From Fonticula alba ATCC 38817 (taxonomy: Eukaryota; Protista; Nucleariida): a DNA stretch of 28,844 bases. The position numbers were made by a program, and so were the translations under genes. The notes below the pieces were generated by a model. The model saw only the letters and a list, made by a program, of their open reading frames with translations, was not told where the DNA came from and did no database searches. Below, piece by piece: positions 20,801 through 28,844 of the stretch; the first letter of the stretch is position 1; each line of letters starts with the position of its first letter. The stretch lies in NCBI GenBank assembly GCA_000388065.2, contig KB932201.1; one strand, written 5' to 3'.

Positions 20801-21873
20801 CGTCGAGGCGTACCGGAACTTCTGCAACAAGATCTGGAATGGCTTCCGTTTTGCCATGGACAAGTTCGATGCCTCTTTCCAGCCTTCGGACGCCATCCCC
20901 CGTCTGGAGACCCTGCCCTCGCTGGCGGACCGGTGGATCATCGCTCGGCTGAATGCCTGCATCCAGGCCTGCAATGAGGGGCTTGAGCAGTTCAACTTCG
21001 CCGACCCGACCCAGGCCCTGTATGCCTTCTTCATGAATGAGTTCTGCGATGTCTACCTCGAGTGGACCAAGCCGGTGTTCCTGTCCGGCTCGGATGCTGC
21101 CAAGGCCGATGCCCGTCAGGTTCTCTACAATTGCCTGGATGTCTACCTGCGTCTGATGCATCCCTTCATGCCGTACATCACGGAGGAGCTGTACCAGCGC
21201 CTGCCCCGGCGCGCTGTCCATGCGGCCATCCCGTCGATCATGGTGTCCCCGTACCCGAAGGTGTCGGCCGCCGAGCAGGAGGCCGAGGCCGAGGCCTCCG
21301 CCACTGCCACCTCCCAGTTCGACCTGATTCTGGAGCTGGCGCGTGTCATTCGCCAGGCCACTGCCGAGCATGCGGAGAAGCCCCGTCGTCCGGACTGTGC
21401 GTTTTTTTTTGTGTCTTTGCTCTTCTTTCCCTTTCTCTCCCATTGCTTTCCTCCTTGCTCCTTGCTGTTTGGTCCTTGCCCCTTGCCCCTTGTCATGCTG
21501 GGTGGCTGTTGTGTGCCTCTCCCGTTCCCTCCGCCCGACCGCCCTCCTGTTGTCCCCCCCCCCTCCCCTCCCCCGTCACCTCCTCGCCTGTGTGCCCTCA
21601 CGCTGACCCGTCCTCCGCCCTGCCTCCGTGCAATCCCACTCCGCTCCTTTCCCCCGTGATACAGGCTTCGTTGCCACCTCCGCCGAGCATGCGGACCTCT
21701 TCCGGCCAGAGACCGAGAGCATTCTGAGCATCGCGCGCGCGGCCTCGCTGTCGCTCGTGGATGATGCCCAGGCTGATGCCCTGGCCGCTGAGGGCCTGGT
21801 CTTCCATGATCTGACCATGAAGGAGGCTGTCGTGGCTCGTGTGGCCATCCGTCCGGTGGTGGTGACCGCCTAA
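17883..21873 (+). CDS. VARS1: Valyl-tRNA synthetase (eukaryotic cytosolic type; possibly dual-targeted)
   Basis: Exons 17883-18101, 18223-19749, 20020-21396 (after removing the artifactual 188 nt at 20592-20779) and 21665-21873 give 3,144 nt, 1,047 aa. Motifs: [13 protein letters not shown] (HIGH), [12 protein letters not shown]1 editing motifs [12 protein letters not shown] and [49 protein letters not shown] (KMSKS), and anticodon-binding [10 protein letters not shown]. Confidence 0.97.
19928..20019 (+). repeat. Exact 46-bp tandem duplication containing the 3' splice acceptor of ValRS intron 2
   Basis: CTTCCACTCCGCCTCCTTCCTCGGGGACATGGTCATGCCCCGCCAG occurs at 19928-19973 and 19974-20019. Confidence 0.93.
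20421..20779 (+). repeat. Exact 171-bp direct duplication of ValRS coding sequence flanking an adapter (assembly artifact)
   Basis: 20421-20591 repeats at 20609-20779 (offset 188). Removing one copy plus the adapter restores [18 protein letters not shown]. Confidence 0.95.
20591..20608 (+). other. Illumina TruSeq adapter fragment AGATCGGAAGAGCGTCGT assembled into the contig
   Basis: 18/18 match to the start of the standard Illumina read-2 adapter read-through sequence, exactly at the junction of the two duplicate copies. Confidence 0.96.
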
Positions 21874-22498
21874 AGGACCGAGCAGCCCCGTATGCGCACC
21901 GGCCCTCCGCCTCTCTTCTTGTGCCCCCCCCCCGCGCGCCCTTGCCGGATCTACTCCTCGCCCCTTCTGGCACACCGAAGGCCGGTTTACTCTCCCGATC
22001 TACAGCCGGCTTTTTTGGGGGGCGACCATTCTTCCAAGATGTGAGGATCATACGCCCGTGCTGCTGGGCGCGAGGCGGGCAGCCGGAGCATCAGCCTGCC
22101 AAATGTCAGGATGGTCTCGTTCGGCGGGTCTCAGCCTGTGGCGGTGCGGAGCGTGTGCTCTCCCGTCCTCCATTTTCTCATCCCCAAATGCATGTGCGCC
22201 TGCGGGGAGGGTGTCGGCCCCGGCCTCCCCCTCCCCCATATGTCCCACTATACACTCCTGTGCCTCCCGTTTTACGTTGCGTAAGTTGGGGACAGTGGAA
22301 ATATATGTACCACGTTTGTCCATGCGGTTCATTTGAGCTCCTCCCCATTTCACTCTGCCCGACCCCTGGCCCGCGGGTTGTGGTGGTATTTTCCATCCTG
22401 AAGCGTGTATTGAAAAGTGTGACATTGCCAATGTTAGCCAAAGGGGGCGAGGCCTGGGTCCAGGCATTGAGAGGCTCCCTCCCCCCCTGAGGGACGGC

Positions 22499-24546
22499 TC
22501 ACTGGCCGGCATTCGCACGAGAGATGTGCCGATCCAGGGCGTCGCAAATGGTCGCATGGCCCTGTTCGGTGAAGTGTAGCATGTCAGTGTAGAGGGTGTC
22601 ACGAGTCAGGCGATCGATGCCGGCCTGGCGGAAGGGGCCTGCCGTCTCATTCGCGACCGCAGTCGGGGGCGCCGTGAGGAATGGGTCCCAGAGGGGGACA
22701 ATTTCGACTGGGGCCGTTTGTGGCGATGTGGGCCGGGCAAGCATGTGGCGGAGAATCGCGTTGGTCTGGGCCGCGCGTTGGCGCGCCGCATTGTCCGTCT
22801 CGCCGCGAGGCGGGATGCCACACACCAAAACCCGGATGTGGTGGTGCGGCGTGCCGGCAGGCCCCGATGAGACGCTGGCCTCCGGATCGGGGCAGAGGAA
22901 GCCGAGTGCCTGGACTAGAACTCGGCCCAGCTCGAGGGCGGCTTCGTGAATCCCGCGAGCCACCTCATCCGGCCTGTGGAAGGCATTGTTGGTGCCGACA
23001 ATCAGTATGCCAGTCAGGTTGAGTGGACAGGCCTGTCCTGACGTGGGGGACACTATCGGAGCAGCAGGTCATCAGTGGCTGGCCTCGGTGGTGGTACTTT
23101 TGTCTGCAGGTGATCGGGGGGGGGGGTCTTGCTCCCCCCCCCCCCCCCCCCCCCTCCTGATTCTTTGGCCGTCCCAGTTACTGGCCATCATCATTTTCCG
23201 GCCATTCTGTCCTGGCCACCTCTCGCGATTTCCCCCGCCGCGTTTGTTGTCGCCCGCTTCCCTTGCACGATTAGCCACCCGCACCCACCCCGGGCTCGGC
23301 CCCCCCCCCCCCCCCCCCCTGCCCGCAACCTGCAACCCGGGGGAGTTCAGTTCTTAATGTGACCAAGCAGCATCCATGCCCCAATGGAAGAAGCACGCAC
23401 CGCCCGATGTGGCAAGGGATGGTCTCGAATCAGCTGGACCAAGGATGCGTGCCCGGGCGGCAGTCAGGCGCAGGGCATTCTTGATCCCAGCCAGACGCAG
23501 GAGGAGGTGCTGTGTTTGGTCCCCACCGAGGCCGAATTCGAGCACCAGCGGCGGGAGACCGGCCGGGGACAGCGGCGGGGCAGACCAAGTCCCGGCGCAG
23601 CGACGAGCCCAGGCTTCACTGCGGCCAAGCTGCTGGGCGATGCTGTCGCCGGCCAGGAGGATGACCGGCCGGAGCCGGGCCGGCGAGGGGGACGCCGCGC
23701 GCAAAAGTTGCCGGTGCCCATGCAGCCGATCCAGGCAGGCGGTCAACACGCCGGAGGCCAAGTTGAACCAGCGGCCATCCCCCTGGAGATCGGTCGGCGG
23801 AGTGGGAATGTGTGCCGGGGTCCAAGGGCCGGCGGGGTAGAGATGCAGGCCGCCAGGCGGGGGCTCCGCCAGGACTGGCTCGGCGGATGTGGCCCCGATG
23901 GCGGAGGCGCTGCCGCCGGCGGCCGGGAGCCAGTGAGCCCAGAGGGGCACGGCGGTTGGGAGCCTCTCCACCGCGGTCAGCTCATCGAGCAGGCCCAGTT
24001 GCGGGCTCTGCTTGGCGGTTTGGAAGTAATCCATGCGCGCGGGGGCACCAGAGCCCAGGGGCTTCGGCGGGGGCAGGAGGGTGGCCACCTGGCGGAGAAC
24101 CAGCCCGGCGGAGGTGCCATGGTCCGGAAGACGATCGACTGCCAGGCCGGGACAGGGGTGTTGCGGGTCGAAGCGGCCATGCGTCGCTGCCTCGCAGGAG
24201 AGGAGGTACGCCCGAGGGCCGACATGCAAAAGGATATGAACCTAGGGCGGGGAGGGAGACAGGTCAGCGTGGCGCCCGGGGTGCGGTCGAGCAGGAGAGG
24301 GGAACGGGACAGGGGGCTTGGGGGGCAAGTTTCGGGGCGGGCGGCAGAGAGAGGTGCAAGACGAACCGCGGCGGGCGGGCCGGCCCCCTCAGGGGCCTTG
24401 GTGATCACGGAAAAGGAACACATGCCGGCATTGTAGAAGGGCACCCACTGGAGAGGAGAGTCCGTGCGATCGGCTGCCGTGAGGGGATCTGAGGGCAGGA
24501 GGAGAATGGTGCCCGGGGCCGGGACGCCGATCGGGGCGGTGGTCAT
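22499..24546 (-). CDS. PAFAH1B2: SGNH/GDSL-like hydrolase, homolog of the PAF-acetylhydrolase Ib catalytic alpha subunits, with a ~205-aa N-terminal extension
   Basis: Exons 24546-24367, 24241-23401, 23052-22499 (1,575 nt, 524 aa). PTPPTDLQGDGRW, LAGDSIAQ (Ser nucleophile), FGLGGDQTQHLLLRL, VGTNN, PPRGE...NAARQR and YTDMLHF (Asp-x-x-His) all match PAFAH1B2/B3 blocks. The symbol is family-level; B2 and B3 cannot be told apart. Confidence 0.85.
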
Positions 24547-25567
24547 GGCGGCAAGGTGCGCGCCAGGGGCAATAGGCAGGAGGCGAGGGGGGTGGGGGGT
24601 GGGAGGGGGGGGGGGAAGGGATAGGCGATGGGAAAAGCCCGGGGGAGGGGATGGTCGCGGGGAGGCGGCGCCTCAGATCTCACAGTCCACCATGCTCCCG
24701 CTTGGGCCACTGCCTCTGCGGGGGGAGGGGTGGGAAGTGAAGATGTCACCCCCCAACACAGGGGACATGGGTGGGGGGGGGGGGGGGGCCGGGCGGGAGG
24801 CCGGCCGGCCGAGATCGCACACCACACCTGCGCCGGGTCTCCCGGGGGGCGCCGGGGGAACGGACCCGGGCGGGGGCGGCAGTCGGCTCGGTCTGCCTCG
24901 CCCCCGGGCACGGGCGCGTCTGTTGGGAGATGGGTCCATGGTCAGGTGCCAATGTACCTTGGGAGAGCAGGCCCCTGCCAGCTAGGACGTCGCGCGCCCT
25001 TGTCTCTCCCGCTGTCTCTCTCTCGTCGGCCGCGGTGAGGAGGGCTCCCACGTCTAGGGCGGGGGAGGGGGGGGGGGGGCGCGGAGGTTGGGCATATGTG
25101 CGGGCCGGGGCCGGGCTACCGGCGTCGGCGTCGACAGGCGGCCCAAGGGCCACTGGTCCTGGCGGGGGGCGGGGAAAAATGCGTTCTGGCCATTTGTGGC
25201 CCACGCCCCCCGGAGGCGCGGGGGCGGCGGGCTTGGCTGGGGCCGGGCGATATATCGGCCAGGCATTAGGTCCAGGGGTCTTGAGGTCGTTGTCGGACGG
25301 AGGGGTGGGGCGTCTTCGGACGCGGGCCAGGATGTTCGTCCCGCCAATGCCCTCCCCCCCGCCCCCGCCCCCGGCCCCGCCCCCGCCCGCGCCCCCCCGT
25401 GGCCCGCGCCCCCCTCAAGCGGCGCCGTCAGCCTGCGGGCTGTTGCTTGTGCGGCGCGCAGCAGAAAAGGAGCAAAAAAAAAAACGGGCCGCCCCGGCCC
25501 GGGGCCGGAGGGAGAGCAGGGGCCTCCCTCCCGGCGTGCTGGCACACCAACGCGGTGTGAAACGCGC

Positions 25568-25699
25568 GTGTGTGTGTGTGTGTGTGTGTGTGCCATGCTC
25601 TTTGGCGTCCAGTTAAAATGGGCCCCAATGAATGCCAACGCTCTTGGCATTCGACCATGGGCACGCCGTGGGCCAGTGGCGGCCGCCCGCCTGTTCGTT

Positions 25700-25733
<34 letters not shown>
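25568..25733. repeat. Pair of (GT)n microsatellites (25568-25592, 25703-25733) bracketing a 110-bp unique spacer
   Basis: Read directly. Confidence 0.93.
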
Positions 25734-25734
<1 letters not shown>

Positions 25735-26229
25735 CGGCTATTCCCCGGCGACGAGGCATGCTGGCGGGGCCGGGGGCAGGGGGAGGGGGGACTGGACGGC
25801 AAGCGGGCGGCTTAGCCGGATAACTCGCCCCTGTGGGGGCCCTCCGGCTGGGGGGGGGGGGGGGCAAGGGAGCAAGTTGCTCGGCGTGACGCATGCCACC
25901 TCCCGCTCCCACCAGCCAGGTGTGACGCGCCCAGCTCACGCTCGGGACCGGGGGGAGCGGGGCCCAATCCGGCCGAGCCAGGTCCGGCCAGGTCAACAAG
26001 GCCCTGGGACGGGGCGCGGGCTTCCGGGAAATGGGCCGCCCGGCGAGGGCTGGCCCTCTGGAGGCGTGGTGGCCGAGGGGAGCCTGGCGAGTGTCGGCCA
26101 TTCGCCAGGCGCCTGTGGGGATCCGAAGTGACCTGTGAGAAGCTGTCCCGTCCGGTCCCGCTGCCTGGCGCTCGGTCCGGACCCCGGCGGCGGCCGGCGG
26201 TTCACGCCGGCCCCTCAGTCTCGGGACAG

Positions 26230-26257
26230 GGCGAAGGCGAAGGCGAAGGCGAAGGCG
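26230..26257. repeat. (GGCGAA)4 hexanucleotide repeat
   Basis: Read directly. Confidence 0.85.
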
Positions 26258-26910
26258 GGGGGGGGGGGTCCCCACGCTTGTTGCCTCATTCCGGCCCTCC
26301 GTCCCCTTGCGCCAGCCGGGCGGGGCGTCTAGCCTGATATGTGTCCCGGCCCGGCGAGGCCTACCTGGCTGCCGTTGCAAGGGACACGCCATCGAGCCGG
26401 AAAGGGCGCGCCGGCGCTGGCCGAGCGCGATATCTGGCCGAATGGTCTGGCCCACGGGCGTACGGGGGGGAGGGGGGGGGGGGGGGGGGGGGCGGGGGAA
26501 CCCCATTTGCTTCCAGGTGTGCGGCTTCCGCCCCTCAGCCGGCGGGGGTGGGGGGCGACCCGGGAGTGCTCCGGGCGCGGGCAAAAGGGCTCCAGTCGCG
26601 GGGCGGGGGCCGCTTCACCCCCGGCCCCCCCCCCATGAAAAAGACGAGCTGGAAAATAGGATGACACGTCCTTCGTCCGGGGCCGGGAGGGGCTCTGACT
26701 GCTGGTGGGCGCCCCGAGGTGGCTCGGCAGCAAAATGGCCTCTCCTCGCGGGCCCTTCAAAACGCTCGCCAAATACGGAGACCTGTTGTGGGAGGACGGT
26801 TCCCCCCCCCCCCCGTCCCTGCCCTCCCTCCACCCCGTCTCGCTCCTGGCGGATGGCCAAGTTGCTTCCCACTCGGACCATTCTGGATTGCGTCGGCCTC
26901 AGCGCTCTAG

Positions 26911-26950
26911 GGAGGGGGGCGGAGGGGGGCGGAGGGGGGCGGAGGGGGGC
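26911..26950. repeat. (GGAGGGGGGC)4 decamer minisatellite
   Basis: Four perfect units plus a partial fifth. Confidence 0.92.
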
Positions 26951-28460
26951 GGAGGGAGGGGGGGGGGGCGATGCGGCGCGTCACCGGCGACAGGCCCAGC
27001 CGCCCTCTCGCAGTGGCCCCGCCGACCTGTGCTTCGCCACCCCCCATTTTCGGCGTGAGAGGCGGATCAACGCCAGTCTGGCCGGCATGCTTTTTCCCCA
27101 AGCTCCTCCGGGGCACATGGTCGCGGGTGCGCGCGCACCCGCGAAGTCCATCCCTTCCGGCCGGGGTGCTTGTGTACATGCGGAGGCCCCCCCCATCGTG
27201 CGGGGTCCGCCTCCCCCGGGGATGGTCCGGGCTTTGGCGCTTGAGCTCGGCGGAGGGCGGGGCCGGGGGGGCGGCGGGGAGGGCGGGCTGGAGCACTACC
27301 CCGCTGTCATCCGTCCGGGAACTGGAGGAATGCCGGTTGACCGACAAATGGAGCGCCCCGGGGCATAGGCGCACACGCGCGCTCATTGGCCCAGGCATCC
27401 GCAGGCAGCTCTTTCGCTCTGTCTTTTGGGCTGCTCAAAAGCAGCAAGGGGCGTTCATGTCAGAGGCGCCCCCTGCTGGGGAGAGCGGCTCCCAGCGGGC
27501 AAGAAAGCCGGACAGACAAAGAGAGAGCGGGAGGGAGTGAGAGCTGGGGAGGCGCACGGAGGGCGCGCTAGAGGGGCAGCCCCCGACAGGGGGGCCGATT
27601 TCTGCCTCGCTCCTCCCCGCTCTGTCTGGGCCTCCCTCTTTCCGGACATCAGCCCTGTCCGCCCTGTGTTCTCTCTCTCTCTCCCCCTGCCGATGGGCCA
27701 TGCCGGCTTCAGGGGGGGGGGGCGGGGGCGCCCCGCTCTTTGGGTTTCCTAACCATGGCCAGTATCTCGATGGGGAGTGCGGGGCTCTGGGGGAATATAT
27801 TGTGCGACTAAGGAAGCGCACCCTGTTTAATCCCCCGGGCCGACGCTGCGCCTAGCCTGGCCTGGCCCCCCCTCTCGCCCCCCTCTCCCAGGTTGGAGCG
27901 GTCGGCGCACAGGGGCCCCTGGGTGTGCTGGGTCGCATCCGGAGGAGCGGTCCCGCCTGCGCGCAGGGGCGACAGACACACGCACACACACACACACACA
28001 CACGCACACACATGCACATACACTCATACAGGCAGACGGACTGACAAAATACATACGCGCGGGGTGTGCCCACAACGGCGGGGGAACGGGCGGGGGCCAA
28101 CAGCGCCTCCTCCGTGCGAATGACCGCCCTATCGCGCGATGCCACACCCGGTTATTTGTAGGAAGTCATTCGGGCGCGCGCCCTTCTCGCCCGGAAGTGT
28201 TTGTTTATCGCCCCCCTGCCCCACCCCACCCCACCCCCCCCCCCCAGCCCCTCGCTGCCCGGACTTCTCTACGAGCGGGACACCCCTGGGCCTGCGCGCC
28301 CCCCGGCCCCCAGCCCCGGCCCTCGCAAGTTGCCGGTGTTCCCTTCACACGCCTGGGCCCTTGCGCGGAGGAGTCCAGCCTCGGTCGCCTGTAAAATGGG
28401 CCCCCAGCGCCCCGCGAGTGGCCGTGTTCCTGGCGCCTGCGTGTGGACATGTTGCACAGA

Positions 28461-28483
28461 CACACACACACACACACACACAC
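28461..28483. repeat. (CA)n microsatellite (a second, imperfect one lies at ~27976-28020)
   Basis: Read directly. Confidence 0.9.
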
Positions 28484-28844
28484 GAAGGCGTGTGTATACC
28501 CGCGCGCGGCTCTCGTGTCGGCGAGACCGTTCACAGGTGTCACCTTGGCCTCGCGGCGGCATCACGAGGCTTGGTGCCTTAGTGAACGCCCGCCCCGCCC
28601 CGCACGCCCTCGGCCGGCCGGCCGGCCGGCGGGACGCGGGGACGGGGGGACTGGCCTGCCTCCAGTCCGTCTCCCGCCCGCCCGCCCGCCCGCCCTGGGA
28701 GGGTGTCACCCGTCCACTCTCAGCCCCCGGCTCGGTCCAAGCCCAGCTCGCCCTCTGGGGCCTGTGCCCGAGGCCCGCCATAGCCGCCTGTGTCCCCCGA
28801 CCCCCCCTCTGCCCAGGCGACCTCGCATCGCTCTTTAACCAACC

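Noticed and set aside
20020-21396. ValRS as a pseudogene, programmed frameshift, or insertion with target-site duplication
   Set aside because: The frame break is fully explained by an Illumina adapter between exact duplicates.
18214-21443. Long minus-strand ORFs (534 and 444 aa) opposite ValRS
   Set aside because: Antisense shadows with no independent coding signal.
1738-24546. Functional gene cluster (mitochondrial genes, or motor/mitosis genes)
   Set aside because: Mixed orientations and unrelated pathways; six neighbouring housekeeping genes give no evidence of co-regulation without synteny data.
24771-27540. ORFs of 280-353 aa in the distal region
   Set aside because: Gly/Pro/Arg/Ala-rich translations of G/C runs and microsatellites with no codon bias or motifs.
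1-28844. tRNA, rRNA, snoRNA, CRISPR arrays, transposons
   Set aside because: No cloverleaf, box C/D pair with terminal stem, repeat-spacer array, terminal inverted repeat, or transposase/RT motif found by eye; a covariance-model scan is needed to exclude small RNAs.

Overview
GC-rich eukaryotic draft-assembly DNA with four N-gaps, not a prokaryote. The introns are spliceosomal: GT(A/G)(C/T)G(T/C) donors, CTAAC/CTGAC branch points and C-rich pyrimidine tracts. Intron signals and gene content suggest a unicellular opisthokont near the fungal/animal split (possibly nucleariid/Fonticula-like; inference only). I reconstructed six intron-containing genes by hand, each with phase-consistent junctions: (1) a ~1,320-1,380 aa mitochondrially targeted protein with an mS31/MRPS31-like motif (-, 1738-6639); (2) a RUFY-like RUN-domain protein with a 14-residue-repeat coiled coil and no FYVE finger (+, 8337-11799); (3) complex I 24-kDa subunit NDUFV2 (+, 12883-14109); (4) a Borealin/Nbl1-like protein (-, 14432-16347); (5) valyl-tRNA synthetase (+, 17883-21873), apparently lacking the C-terminal coiled-coil arm and frameshifted here only by an Illumina adapter plus a 171-bp duplication (assembly artifact); (6) a PAF-acetylhydrolase Ib alpha-subunit-like SGNH hydrolase with a ~205-aa N-terminal extension (-, 22499-24546). 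The last 4.3 kb has no convincing gene. No rRNA, tRNA, CRISPR array or mobile element was seen. Family assignments rest on motifs compared from memory and need HMM confirmation.
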